The position numbers and the translations under genes are program-made. A DNA stretch of 64,000 nucleotides from Callorhinchus milii (taxonomy: Eukaryota): the NCBI RefSeq assembly GCF_018977255.1, contig NW_024704745.1:62310001-62374000 (forward strand), in the 5' to 3' direction. Positions 1 through 13,205 of the stretch are shown in pieces. The notes beneath the pieces were generated by a model. It did not search any database. It was not told the DNA's origin and worked only from the letters and a program-made list of their open reading frames with translations. How positions within the stretch are numbered: the stretch's first letter is position 1; each line of letters begins with the position of its first letter.

Positions 1-550
1 ATAAAACACCCCCAATACAATTTTTTCTTTATCCAACATTCACCACAAAACCCCGTAGGTGATTACTTACCCTGATGCCTACTGTGCATATGTTACACTC
101 TTTCTCCATATGCACAGGTGCGATGAGATGTGAGAGGAGGGAGGGAGCCTCTCTAACTTCCATTTACACAGGAGCGTCTGAAACTTCTTAAATCAAGTAA
201 ATCGGTCCCTGACCACAGGGGCCAACCTCTCCTCCCTTATTCACATCTCCACCTTCCCTGTCAATCCTCCTCTTAGCCCCCCAAATTCCGCCACCAACAG
301 CCCCCTCCGCATTGGACTACAAAATGTCCGCTTCCTCTCCAATAAAACATTCACCATCCAAGACCTCATTGTTGACGAAAATATCAACATTCTCGCCCTC
401 ACTGAAACCTGGATCACTCCAGATGACACCTTCCCCCTGACAAAGGCCACACCCACCCAGCTACACCTTCCACCATACTCCACGACATAACTGCCATGGT
501 GACGGTGTGGCTTTCATCTCCCATTCCCCACTCGGCCTATCTCCTTACTC

Positions 551-1693
551 AATATTGCCAGACTCCACCACTGCCTCACCCCTCAGGCTGCTGAAACCCT
601 CACCCATGGATTTGTCACCTCAAGGCTTGATTACAGGAACTACCTCCTTACCTACTCACCTACAAGGCCATTCACGGCCTTGCTCCCTCCTACCTCTCCA
701 ACCTACTATCCCCCTACCTACCTGCCCGTACCCTCCGTTCCTCTGGCTCCGGTCTGCTCCACGTCCCCCGCCCCAACCGCCCTACTATCGGTGGTCGGGC
801 CTTCAGCCTCTCAGCCCCCAGGCTCTGGAACTCCATCCCCCAGTGCCTTCGCCTTGCTTCCTCCCTTTCCTCCTTCAAGGCCGGTCTCAAAACCTTTCTC
901 TTTGACCGTGCCTTCAGCTCCCCTCTCGACTCTCTTCCTCCTCCTCGCTCCCTCCTTCCTCCCCTCACCCTGACCATTTCCCCCTCCTCTCTCCCTCCCT
1001 TCCCTCCCCTCACCCTGACCATTTCTCCCCTGCTCGGGTCATGACCCAACTGTGCAGCGCCTTGGGACGTCCTCCTGACGTGAAAGGCGCTCTATAAATG
1101 GAATCTTGTTGTTGTTGTTGTTGTTGTATCGGCCTTCCCAACTCTTCCCTTCACAAGCTGCAGATCATCCAAAACTCTGCAGCTCATGTACTCTTAACGC
1201 ACCAGGCTTCGTGACCCCATCACTCCCACCCTCGACTGACTCCACTGGCTCCCCATCCCCCACAGGATCGAGTTCAAGATCCTCGTCCTCACCTTTAAAG
1301 CCATCCATGGCCTTGCCCCCTCCTACCTCTCTGACCTGCTGACTCCCTACGAGCCTGCCCGCTCCCTCCGTTCATCGGGCTCCGGCCTACTCCATGTCTC
1401 CCGCCCGACCCGCCATACCATCAGTGGCCGGGCTTTCATTCTCTCTGCCCCCACCCTCTGGAACTCCATCCCACGGTCCCTTCGCATCGCTTCCTCCCTT
1501 GCCTCCTTCAAGGTTGGTCTCAAGACCTTTCTCTTCAACCATGCCTTTGGTCTCCCTCCCACCTCTCTGCCTTCCCTCACCCCTACACCATCCCTCACCC
1601 ATGCCTCGGCCCCGACACCTGACTGTTCAGCACTTTGGGACATCCTCCCGACGTGAAAGGCGCTCTATTAATGTAATTTTGTTGTTGTTGTTG
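551..1693 (+). mobile_element. 5'-truncated L2 (middle layer), itself split by another L2
   Basis: NIARLHHCLTPQAAETLTHGFVTSRLDY...(insert)...IGLPNSSLHKLQIIQNSAA...LHWLPIPHRIEFKILVLTFKAIHGLAPSYL; (TTG)n tail; flanked by ttactc at 545-550 and 1694-1699. Confidence 0.88.
651..1126 (+). mobile_element. 5'-truncated L2 (inner layer)
   Basis: YKAIHGLAPSYLS; 3' UTR with a ~45-bp tandem duplication (about 941-1025); tail gcgccttgggacgtcctcctgacgtgaaaggcgct...(TTG)n. Confidence 0.88.
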
Positions 1694-2431
1694 TTACTCT
1701 TCTGGAACCTTCCCCTCCTTTGAGCACCTTACCCTTTATCACCCCTCTAACCTTTCCCTCAAAATTCTCGTTATTTATCGCCGAGGATCCCTCTTCCCAC
1801 TGCCACCCAACCCATCTCCATCTTTTACTGCCCCTGAAAAAAATCTTTCCATCCCCGCTGCCTTGGAGTTATTTGAACTCCTCTTGGCTTCCTCCCGCAA
1901 TGACCTATCCTCCTTGATCACTCTTCTCCATAGCTCACTCTGCATCACTCTCATTCCCTTACTCACTTCCTGTACAGTCTCCTACTCACAAATGTCATCA
2001 TGGTACACCAGCCACCTCCGCTCCCTTAAAGCACAGGTGCGTGCTGCTGAACGCACCTGGCTTAAATTGAACTTAACGGTCCATCGGCAGATCTGGCAGA
2101 CCTTATCAAATCTTACCGCTCCGCCCTCACCTCCGCTAAATCGTCCTTCTACTCCAAGACAATCTTGGCGGCCAAGGCCCAGGCTTCTCTTCTCCATCAC
2201 CAACCGGCTCTTCCACCCACCATCTCATGCCTCGCCCATCCTCACCTCCAATGCCAATTGCGAGGCGATGCTGGACTTCCTTGAATCCAACATCGAGTGG
2301 ATCTGCTCAGCTGCCTCTGCCCTTCCGTCTACTCCACCCTCCCCATCTCACCCCACACCCCGGTTTCTACCTGTCCCTCCCTCCACACCTTCGAACCCGT
2401 CTCCCGCTCCTCTCTCATCACCACGATATTG

Positions 2432-2753
2432 TAATAATAATAATAATAATCCTTGCATTGGATATAGCGCATTTCACGTCTTTAGACGTCTCAAAGAGCT
2501 TCACAGAACATGCTGTAAAGTGAATTGACCGTATATTTGTGGGAAAAACGCAGCAGCCAATTGCGCACTGTAGTATCCCACAAACAGTCGTGGATTCAAA
2601 ATGACCAATTTTTATTCTTGTTTTGTTTTGGAGGGATTATTATTAGGCGTGTGGAGTAAGGAAACTTGCCCAAGGTTTTGCCCTGCCTGGAATTGAACCC
2701 AGGTGTCTTGCTTGCAAGGCGAGTGCTCTAACCACTGAGCTACAGGACTCCAC
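2432..2753 (-). mobile_element. tRNA-derived SINE, short subfamily, inserted in L2
   Basis: Minus strand: A box tagctcagtgg, B box ggttcaattcc, Deu-like 3' body, L2-like tail and (TTA)n; the L2 reading frame resumes across it (...SSLIT | TITHMK). Confidence 0.92.
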
Positions 2754-5700
2754 TATAACCCACATGAAACTGACTACCCGCTCCCTAGACCCCATCCCTA
2801 CCCCTATTCTTACCTCCCAGCTCCACCTCCTTGCCCCTCTACTCACAGACAACCTAAACCTCTCTGTCGACTGGTACTGTTCCCACTCCTTTAAAAATGT
2901 CCGTCATCACTTCTGTCCTTAACATACCCACAGCACAGAAACAGCCATGGTCAAAGTGACAAATGCATTCTGTCTATCTGCAACTAAGCCTCCCTCTGCC
3001 TTCTCATCCTTCTTGACCTCTCTGCTGCCTTTGACACTGTTGATCACTCTATCCCCATCCACTGCCTCTCCTCTCAGCTCAACCTTCACGATTCTGTCCT
3101 TGAATGGTCAGATTGTACCTCTCACACCACCTCCACTTCATCTCCACAAACGGTTTCTCCTCTAGTCCCCTAACTGTTTCGTGCAGCATTCCTCAGAGTT
3201 CTGTCCTTGATCCCCTCCTCTTCAATATCTATATGCTCCCTCTTGGTGACATCATCCGCAGACATGGGGTCAACTTCCACATGTATGCGGATAACACCCA
3301 ACTGTACCTCCGCCAACTCCTCCCTCCATAGGCGACAGATCATCCAGAACAGCCCGTGTCCTCTCCCGCACCAGGCTCCGTGACCCTATCACCCCCATCC
3401 TTTCCCAAATCCACTGGCTTCCCATCACACAGAGGATCCTGGTCCTCACCTTCAAAGCCCTCCATGGCCTTGCTCCACCTACCTCTGCGACCTCCTAACC
3501 CCCTTCCATCCTGCCCGCTCCCTCCGTTCAGCAGGCTCTGGCCTCCTTCACTTCCCCCGGTTTGCCAGCTCTACCATTGGTGGGTGGGCCTTCTGCCACT
3601 CGGCCCCCATCCTCTGGAACTCCATCCCACAGTCCCTCTGCCTCGCCCCCTCCTTTACCTCCTTCAAGACCCATCTCAAGACCCTGCTGTTCAACCATGC
3701 TTTCGATCACCTTGCTTCTCCCTCTGCTCTCCACCCTCCCCAATCCCAACCCCCAGCTCGGGTCCAAAACACTGACTGTCCAGCGCCTTGGGACATCCTC
3801 CCGACGTGAAAGGTGCAAAACAATGTCATTTTGTTGTGGTTGTAAATAAATGCCCTGAAAAGGCCTGTTTGTTTTTTAGAGCACCACAAAAAAAGCTGAA
3901 AATAAACCCTGAAAATTAAATCTTTTAAACCCCAAAGAAAAGAAGCCCTACCTATGTTTCACTTTCTACTTCAAGACTGAGTACATCTTCACACATCCTT
4001 TAACTGGGTGACCAGATCTTCCAAAGGTCCATCAGCATCTTTGTTGAGCTGACAGAAGGCACTCGCTAAAACAGAGGAAAACATCCACCACTTCATTGTC
4101 ATTTAAAATAGAAAGAAGGGACAAGGCACCTGTTACTTCTTGAGAGAAATTCTTTTCTAACTTTACTTTTTTAAAACAGTTTTAGCAACACACTGATCCA
4201 GTTAGATCCTGAAATATAATGAACATTAAAGCATTAAATTGGGCTTATTTTATTTTTAAAACTCTTGTGTTAAAAACACCAGTACCATGAAAATCCATTT
4301 GGCCTAGTTAAACCAGTGTTAGTAACTGGCAAATGTTCAGTTCTGTCCCTGTAAGTCAGAGAATTCCAGTCTAAGGAATGATCGTGTATTTACTATAATC
4401 CACAGCAAAAGATGTATTTTTTGAAAATTTTTGCTAATATCTTGGTGCATGAAGAAATAAATTGCTTAGTTAGTTAAATATGCTAATTCAAACACCTCGA
4501 ATTTGTCTTTAAATATACTGTATATGATTCTTTTCTAATTGATTTGCTCTGCCTATTTCATCCATTATACAATTATTCATGATATATTATGATTTCTACT
4601 CATTTATAATAAATAAAGTTGTTAAGACAAGCGTGTCTAAGTGAAATTGACAACTAGCATTAAGTACCAGATGTGGATTATAGAGCTCTGCGAATCTGCT
4701 GAGAAGAGTTGAAATAAATTAGCACCTGTACATTAGCTGCTCTTGCTGTTAATTTAGAAGCAAATCAGTGGAAATGACATTCGGGTGAGTCATTGAGTGA
4801 GTAAACAGCTGCATTTTCACTGCCCAGGCAGGATAACTAATTGGTAGAGATGGCCAACATGACCCCACTGCTTTTCCCAAGTCAGTAGTAGTACAGTCAA
4901 ATTTAATTCTCTGTCAATGGAGAAAGTGAAATGATGCTACTTAGGCAGTGTCAACCTGGCAATGCGCCTGGAATTTGCTACCAAAGCTCAACTTTTCTTT
5001 ATTGTTCAGATTTATAAATACACATGAAATTGGGGTTGTTGAATGTAATTGGACTTTCTAATAATGCGTTTATTGGTGTCCATTCTTCTCAAATAGGGTA
5101 TACAATTTGTATGTCCTCTTTTTAAAAAAATCTAGTTATGTATTAGTTATTATATATTATATATTAGTTTTTTTCTTTTTCGTTCCTTCAATTTTAATTG
5201 TACTCGTTGATTGTGGGACATAGCAATCACAGATTAACTGCCACTTTTGCCTACATAACATTCTATATAAATAGAATTGTGTTATTTCTAGGTGATGATC
5301 CCATTCTCTTATTCTGTTATTAATTGAGGTTTTGTCCACCTTGTGATTCACCATGTCATTCCTATTTAAAAGAATGGAAAACAAAGAGAGTTTTTTCTTC
5401 CAGTTAGCATATCTTGTGTTCCCCATCTAATACAAATGTACTTCCAAATTCAAATTAATTAGTTATTTATTTCAATGTAGCTCATGGGACTTTGTGCATC
5501 TTACCTTTATTGTCTTGTTTATCTTTATAACAACATTCACTTCATTTCTAATTGATCATGTATTTTGTAAAGGGCTTTGAGATGTTTAGTATATGAGAAG
5601 AGCTATATAAATACAACTTATATACAATACAGTCTTTCTACAAGAAACTTGATATACATTTTTCTGGAAAGAGCAATTATTTTGATTGGTCTATTGTGTT

Positions 5701-5819
5701 AAAATGTCAATAGTCTTGAGACACAAAATGTATTTCATAAAAAACTATCTTTAGTATTGTAGGAAATTAATAGAAGTGCAGAATGTTTTAACCCATTTAA
5801 TATTGTTAAACGAAAGCAT

Positions 5820-6180
5820 TTCACAGGATATACTGTGAAGTGTAGTCACTGTATTTGTTTAGCCAAATGTGGCAGTCAATTTGAATATAACAATGTCCCA
5901 CACACAGCCATGAAATGAATAAACAATATTTTGTTTGGGGGTTTGTTGGCCAGGACACCGGGAGAAATTCCCTTTTGTTTTTGAATTGATCTTTAACGTC
6001 CACCCGAACAAGCAGATGGGACCTCGGTTTAATGTCTCATCTGAAGGACAGCACTTCCAACAAAGCAATGCATGCTCAGCGCTGCATTGGAGTGTCAGTT
6101 TAGATGATGTGAGTTCCAATTCCCAAAGTGGGGCTTGAACCCACAACCTTCTGACTTGGAGGCGGTCAGTTGAGCCAGGA
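5820..6180 (-). mobile_element. Older Deu-domain SINE (SacSINE1/AmnSINE-like)
   Basis: Minus strand gtcagaaggttgtgggttcaagccc...gatgagacattaaaccgaggtccc...ggtggacgttaaagatc; homologous to the copies at 40124 and 57773. Confidence 0.8.
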
Positions 6181-7559
6181 GGCTGTACTATAATTTTCTT
6201 ACAAAGGCCTAATTCTTTGATTTGAAGAATAGGTTTGCAGATTATACAATGCTATTGCACTACTGAGCCTTTGTTTTGGGCAGTTGGTAATGTTTCTCGA
6301 TAAATTGGCTCTAGGGTGATGTGCCTAGCAAAAGGAAACATGGAATATCTCTAAAGCTGCGTCAACTGTGGTGGCCCATCTAGGTGATCGATACCTGACC
6401 CAATTGCTGCTGACTGAGCTGCCTTCCTGGTTCACCAATGAAATTGTGGGAGTAGAAATGTTACTGAAGGAACTTTTAAGAACCATGTAACACAACAGCA
6501 TAAAGACCAGAGTAGTCACAGATGAGCAACTTTAAGATTTTTATACTAGAAAGCTGTACAGTTTGGGAAATTCTAATGAATTCCTAATGCTTTGGCTTCT
6601 GTCAACTGTGTTCTCCAAGAAAAGATAAGTGTGGTCCCTTCCCCCCCCCCCTCCTCCCCGCCTCCCAGCACAGCCAAGTGGCATTATAATTTGTAGTAAA
6701 GTACCAATATTATAACATCTTTCCTGTAAAGAGAGAGTGGTTGAGAACATGTTTTTTTTTCACATGCAGTACTATAATTACCAAGTTCTTAACTCTTAAA
6801 ATATGAGTTAATACTTTCCTGCAAGCTGGAATAGGTAGTTCATGATAGTAATGATGAAACTACTGTAACAAGGCTTTTCCTATTGGAAAGTTCCTGACAA
6901 ACCAATTCTTTGCCCAGTGCTTCAAAACTCTTTGTTTTGAATCCCTTTGTGTTGAATGTACAAGCGTATAGTCTTCCCTCGATTAATTTTCAATGTTCAT
7001 TTTGTCATCATCTAAAAGCATTCTGGGCTAATCTAATTTGTTTTAAATTTTATAGCCTATTTTTAGGTTGCAACTTAATTTTGTAAAACATTAATAAAGT
7101 TGCTACTTATTGCAAATCATTTGTAATCTGTTCTCTCACATACCACAAGGTATGGCTAGAGGGAAAGAGAAAGGGAATTTATGATTTATAATTTTTGAGT
7201 AATTGTTTTTTCTGTGCATAATAATGTTTTCCAGATTTCCAACCATTCATAAATCATTTATATTAAAATGACCACATGTTGAATTGTGCATGTGTGTATC
7301 CATTCATTCTTACCAGCTCAGTAGAATATCCTTAAAACTTCAAAATCTGTTTCAATTGTTTCATAATTGTTTGTACATCCATATTCAATATTTTTTGTTT
7401 TCGTTTACCTCTCAGTATGTGCTGTAGTGCCGTAGGTGGAAACAGCATTCTTGATACTTCACCGTGTGTGGTTGTAGTTGTGGGTGTGGGGGGGTTGCAC
7501 ATGCGTGCCACGCAGACTTATGTAAGGTTACATCCCTAATGTCAGCAGAATCTTCATTG

Positions 7560-7825
7560 GGCATCTGTAACTTTTAGATGCACCGAAATAAAACAAAAGA
7601 ACGCAGATTTGGAGTTGCAAAGTGCAATTTCAGGACAGGCACCAGGAAGTACTTCTTTACTCAGAGGGTAATTAACAACTGGAACAGGTTTACCAGGAAG
7701 AGTGATTGAGGTTGGGGCTCTAGACTCCTTTTTTTTAATCAAAAGCTTGACGATGTGATCAAAGGACTGGAGGATTAGTATTCTGCATGATTAAATGAGC
7801 TCATCTGAATCCATTGTGATTACAT
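7560..7825 (+). mobile_element. CR1-type LINE 3' fragment
   Basis: aggaagtacttctttactcagagggtaattaacaactggaac (RKYFFTQRVINNWN), typical CR1 ORF2 C-terminus. Confidence 0.7.
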
Positions 7826-8343
7826 TTGAGTCCGATCTTGTCATTGTCTAATAGCTACACAGATTCAGCAGACGCCTTTAGATAGCAAGCAGTAGAGGAA
7901 TCTGGCCGACTTTCCTCTCTCTCCCCCCTCCCCAATTGGAACCTAGGGGTTTTGAGAGCAAGACCAAGGATTGAACCCGGACCTTTTGTTTATTCACTGT
8001 GCCATCGAGTGAGCCATGATGATATTTCTTTTTGGAAATGGGGTTCTTTCAAATCTGTTTTTCACTTTGGTGCTGCAACCAACCATTGCAAAAGTTTCTG
8101 TAAATTCCTTAAGAATTATGTAATTGTTGGTGCATGTGGAACTCCAATTTTTTAAATATCTAGTGTTATCATCAAGCACTGCTAGTCTGATTGTAAAAGT
8201 TCAGTGATCTGCAACACTGAGAGCAGAGTCAAAAAATGTAATCACCTGAAAAAATTCTGTCAGTTCATGCAAAACTGCCATTATTTGTACAAGGTCTTTT
8301 TCTAATATCGAAGGTATTGACTTATTTATCATCTTTGTTGCAG

Positions 8344-8406
8344 AAAGCTATCAGGTACCTTTTCCCATCTGGTCTGTTTGACAAGCACGCTAAGCCAATC
8401 ATGAAG
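8344..8406 (+). CDS. MRPS9: MRPS9 (mitochondrial ribosomal protein S9/uS9m) internal coding exon, first in window
   Basis: ttgcag|AAAGCT...ATGAAG|gtaatg; 63 nt; [21 protein letters not shown], matching my recollection of human [21 protein letters not shown]. Confidence 0.96.
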
Positions 8407-8496
8407 GTAATGAAAATGTTTTATGTCTTTAAGATTCTGCTTCATTTATTTTGTTTTGAATTTACTCAATTTAATGATGTGTTTTCTTAATTGCAG

Positions 8497-8527
8497 CATC
8501 CTTTAGAGGTCTTTCCGAAACAAAGAG
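8497..8527 (+). CDS. MRPS9: MRPS9 coding exon (31 nt, after a 90-nt intron)
   Basis: ttgcag|CATCCT...AAAGAG|gtaaat; HPLEVFPKQR(A), human HPEQIFPRQRA. Confidence 0.95.
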
Positions 8528-9399
8528 GTAAATTTATTTTTTTTTGAAGAAAAATGAGAGAAATAAGGGAGTTTTGTCAATCTGAGCATGACTGACCATG
8601 AACTTGTAACACATGTCCTGATGTCATTTATCCATTGTTTTTAAATTACAGTCCCAATTGCCATCTGCTCACTGATGTGTTCCACTCCACATAGTCTGCT
8701 TATTACAATTCGTTCATATGCCACTTCTCCACAAAATCACTACATTTCTTCCACTGAATTATCCTTCTAATGCTAGATGTTGGAAAAGGAAGATACCTCT
8801 ACATTTATCATTTCTTTGTTACTCTTTATTGCTGTGTTTATGCTATAGAAAAACTGGTCAAAGGCAGCCTGGGAACTGACGTTTTGTGCGTGCTGCCCCT
8901 GATGTGACATGAATGGAATCCGTAGTCCCAATTCACAATGATCAATAGGAGGTAGTATAAAATGTCAGCTTCCAAGGTACTTCTAACAAAAAAATTAATG
9001 CTTAAAATCCAGATAACTGAAAAAAGGGAAGAACTTGCATTTTTGGAGCACCTTATCGCATTGACACTTCTCAAAACGCTTTTTTGAAAGGCGTTAAAGG
9101 TGCCATTAACAATGATGAGATAAATAGAGTAGGATATACTTAACCTTTCTTTACAATCAATGGTCACAGATTACTGAGCCTACAATATAGCCTTGCATCG
9201 AATGAGGTTGGATGCCTGAACTCAGTTCCGAGATAGTGTGGGTCAAAGTACTAAACTGACCCTAATTCCCTCTTGCTAGCTTGCAAGAAGCTAGGTGGGC
9301 ACCTTCAGTATTAGGTCCTCACTAATTTCTGTCACTGTACCAGATGCTGGGAAGTTCTTCCTGTAAATTTAATCCCTCTATGATTAGGAAGCAGAATAA

Positions 9400-9723
9400 T
9401 ACAAGGCAACCCCATTATAATGCAGTGATTTGTCACCATAAACACAGACCCAGTTATTAAATCGCCATTGACTAGCACTTCTGAGGTTATCAGGTTGTTG
9501 CTGACATCATTTTCTTTGTGAAACAACAACAGCGGTGCTTCTTGCATGCTCAGGACACAAAAAATAGCGTCAATGGAGCTTCTTGTGCACAACACACGTG
9601 TAGTGTACAGGAAGCGATGTCACTGGCACTTTCTGAACCTTCGTGTTACGCACAGGAAATGTATTGTGTTTCCAGAATAGTGCGGGTCGCTGAATCGGGG
9701 TGTGTTATAATGGGATCACAATG
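9400..9723. mobile_element. Tigger/pogo-like MITE remnant
   Basis: Imperfect terminal inverted repeats ...accccattataatgca / tgtgttataatgggat...; TA at the left end. Confidence 0.5.
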
Positions 9724-12489
9724 AGTGAGTGACCTGCTGGATGTAGTTGTGCGAACTTCTGGCTAACTATTTCAATCTCAGCTCTGGTTGATGTAATGTA
9801 TTGCTGTTAACCATATTACATTCTGCTTTGTTTAACTGGAGCAAATAAACTGGATACAAGAGCACTATTGTTACTGTTGTAATCATTAGGTTGTCTTCGG
9901 CGATAACCCCTTCAGTGGTGAAGATGAGTTGGAAGGAATTATCTTTTTGATAATACTATATAAAAGGTTAAAGGTTTAACCATCAGCTACCTGCAGTAAA
10001 CCGCACATTGTATCACTGTGCAGAATCTCTTCCAGACTAATTCCTCACGTTCTTTCATAGGGAAAGCTCCTGCTAGTATCGTACTGTGATCTTTGAATTT
10101 GTATTGTTGCTCGTGGATGTTGAAATGCGAATGAGGGAAAGAAAGTAGATCAAGTAACCATCTGTCATTTGTATGGTTCAATTAATGCTCATTCACCTGT
10201 TAATGAAATGTTGTATTCTGATTACACTGAGATAAAAGTGGAAAAATCTCCATCTGCTACTTTTGCTTTTTAGTATTTCTTTACAAGGGAAACTTGGATG
10301 GTTTTCATAGCATTTTTTTTTAAAAAATGCATGGCAAAGAAAATTGTCTTTTAAATTCTAGGACCTGGGCTTGAGTCAAATTCTATTTCCCTAGCTTTAA
10401 GTGTCCTGTGGTGCACATCACAGAACTGTTTACAATTCAGTGTCAAGTGGCCGTCTCGTTCTGAGAAACTTCAGTCATGGTTGGTTTTGGAAATGGGAAC
10501 ATTAATACCATTGCAATAGAGAGTGCTTTTGAAGTTGAAATATATTTTCGAGGTGGAGTAACAGGAGCTTTAACTTTACCTGTTGTCATGGTATACCAAC
10601 TTGGGGGTACTTAATGCTGACATTGCAAAATGTTCTTTTCTCTGCCATTGATATCCGTTGCCAAATTTGGCGAAAATGAAAACCTGAAACCATTAATTGT
10701 TCTATAACTGTAACTTATATTTAAAAAATCCTAGATCACATTCTAGATTCTTCTCTGTGATCAGTGGTGATGATTTTGCAAAGTACTTTTTGAATTCTAG
10801 GAGAAAGGTTGAATCCTGACCACTCATTTAGTTACTGGAAGAAATTTTACTTTTAGTATTATTAAAAAAAGAAAAAAAGGTGGGAAAGCTTGAAGGTTTG
10901 TCAAGGGTTGTCACAAATACATTGTATTTCCTACATTCTGCTAAATATCTGGTCTCAGCTAATAGCTGTGAGGAGACTTGGTACTTCCCCACAGGCTTAG
11001 TAGTAGTGAGTAGTACACATGAGAAGCATGACAGTATATGTGAAGAGTGAACACGATCTCTTTGTATTTACACATGAAGCATGTGAAGGCTATTCCTTTG
11101 AAATTGTTGAATTTATCTTGCTTCAATCTTTTAAAATTAATAGGAAATATATGCCTGTTATTTTTAAACCAGTATGCAGTAATTTTGTTAATGGCAAGTG
11201 ATGTGTAACAGGATCACAAGTGGAACCAGAGTTTAATAACCGTTACCACGCCAACCATTGTGTCGAATGCCAAGTACCAACATTAAAATGTACAAAAGTA
11301 CTTTTTCCTTTTTTCCATTCTTTTGAGAATTCCTGCCCTGATCTATTTCCTTAGTTGTTGTCACTCTGTAATGCTATTTCCTAAAGCCATGGGAGTATAT
11401 CCAAAACCTAACTGGATCACTGCATATGTACAAGCTAATCTCCTTCTCTGCGCTTACAACAGCTGTGTGCTACTGCATCCTTGACAGTGGAGCAATAGGT
11501 TGCATATTACCCCAGATAAATACTGAAAAGGGACCCAGTGTAAGTCATATTAGTCACAGCTGTGATTTTTTTTGCAAAAATGATCTTCCTTCTTCTCTGC
11601 CCCCATATATTTATGTACTTAAAAGCACCGTTTTTTAAGTGTGGCCATTACCAGGACTACTGTTGATTAAAGACATAAAGACAGACACGATTATATTTAA
11701 ACAGCCTTTTTGTTTAGCAAAATGTCCTATCCATAGTGTTCCCCGTTTTAGTTTACAATTTTTAAAATATTTCCTGGATACTCTTCTGCAAATTTGTGTG
11801 TTGAAAATAAATTAGGAATAATTTTAACTATTAGATTTTTTTAATAACTGAAAATTTTGAAACTTGTTTATTTAGTGATTGGAAACTTAATTTGCTTTTA
11901 GAGAAGATACTCTTCTTTCTCAGCTGGATTTAAAAACCCATTGACTGTTTGGTTGTGAGATGAGTAACAGACTGGCCCTCTGAGTTCTGGAGGTAATGAT
12001 TTGACGGAGTATCCATAAGCAAAGAATACTCTATAAAAATTATGTTGGAATATACTCAGCTCAATTATTTAGTCACTTAAAGCTCCATAAACCCATGATC
12101 TGCTGCGTTTAAGGAATCTACAAAATATTGTAAAGTTTTTTCTTCAATCAAAATACTATAGTGCACTAATGATGCAGTGCTCTAGGAACATCTAGTGGCA
12201 GAAATAGTGTGTACATGATGTGTTAACACTATTATACTGGATCAGTATGTTTGACTTGGGATTTTAACTGCAGCACTTTCGTGTTTTGACTAATATGCCT
12301 CAACTCCTACAATGTTAACATTCCTCCTATCTGTTTGTTCAATTAAAGATTGAAACGCCTGTTCCTTTCTTTTTGGAAAATGAGGGTGGATAAATTATGG
12401 GCAACAGAGACCAGTTGCTCATAAAAGCTATTTTAAAGTTCTAGCAATGTAGCAGTCAGATAAACAAACTTTTTTTCATATTTTCATAG

Positions 12490-12569
12490 CTGTTCAGTGG
12501 GGTGAAGATGGCCGTCCTTTCCATTTCCTTTTCTACACTGGAAAGCAATCCTTTTACTCACTGATGCAT
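12490..12569 (+). CDS. MRPS9: MRPS9 coding exon (80 nt)
   Basis: tcatag|CTGTT...ATGCAT|gtaagt; [27 protein letters not shown]; phase joins the previous exon. Confidence 0.97.
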
Positions 12570-12869
12570 GTAAGTATATAAAGCAGCAATTACGATGCAT
12601 AGAAAATGACTTGCAGTATTTTACAATGATAGCTGTTGCGATATGTTTTACAGTTTATATTTCTTTGCGATCATTGCAAGTGAACTTTTGAATCTACAAC
12701 CACCTAGTTTTGTGTCCATCAGTCAGGCTATTGAATGACTAAAGTGATGTGTTATAGTCAACCTTACAAATGGAAATCAAACTATAAACATGGGCAAATG
12801 TTTCAATGCTTGTACTGTTCATTTTGCTCTTCTAGCTCTGAAGCGAGGTTGAAGAGTTTAGAACATTTG

Positions 12870-13205
12870 CTCATTTGGGGAAAGAAGGTTGAGGGGTAAT
12901 ATAGAGGTGTTGAAGATAACGAAAAGGTTTTGGAGGAAAAAACAAACTATTTCTCCCGCTAGGTGTTATGAGAGCATGAATTTGGAATAAGATTGAGGAA
13001 TTTAGGAAGATATTTTTCTGAGGGTTATCAGAATATGGAATGAACTGCCAGGAGTTTGGACATTTAAAAGGGAATTGGACAAATTCATGCAGAGGAAGGT
13101 AATTGGTGGGTACGGGGAAGAGCATGGAATTGGGTAGATCGGAGGAGCAAATACTAATATAATAGGTCAAATAGCTTCCTACTGTGTCATAGAATTCTTT
13201 GGATC
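12870..13205 (+). mobile_element. CR1-type LINE 3' fragment
   Basis: aagaaggttgagggg...atagaggtgttgaagata...tggaatgaactgcc...tttaaaagggaattggacaaattcatg. Confidence 0.7.

Larger units (their letters stand above)
305..3845 (+). mobile_element. Outer LINE2 (L2) copy, degenerate and internally deleted, interrupted by nested L2 copies and a SINE
   Basis: APE endonuclease motifs (LQNVR, ILALTETW, GDGVA, SFEHL, ILVIYR), linker (WYTSHLRSLK), RT motifs ([47 protein letters not shown]) and 3' tail gggacatcctcccgacgtgaaagg...(ttg). Confidence 0.9.

Noticed and set aside
241-3889. Many Pro/Ser-rich or Gly/Arg-rich ORFs
   Set aside because: Off-frame or antisense readings of C-rich L2 fragments; the true L2 frame is broken by stops and frameshifts.
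1-8343. MRPS9 N-terminal exons
   Set aside because: I could not find a match to the expected ...[22 protein letters not shown] exon; it is presumably upstream of the window.
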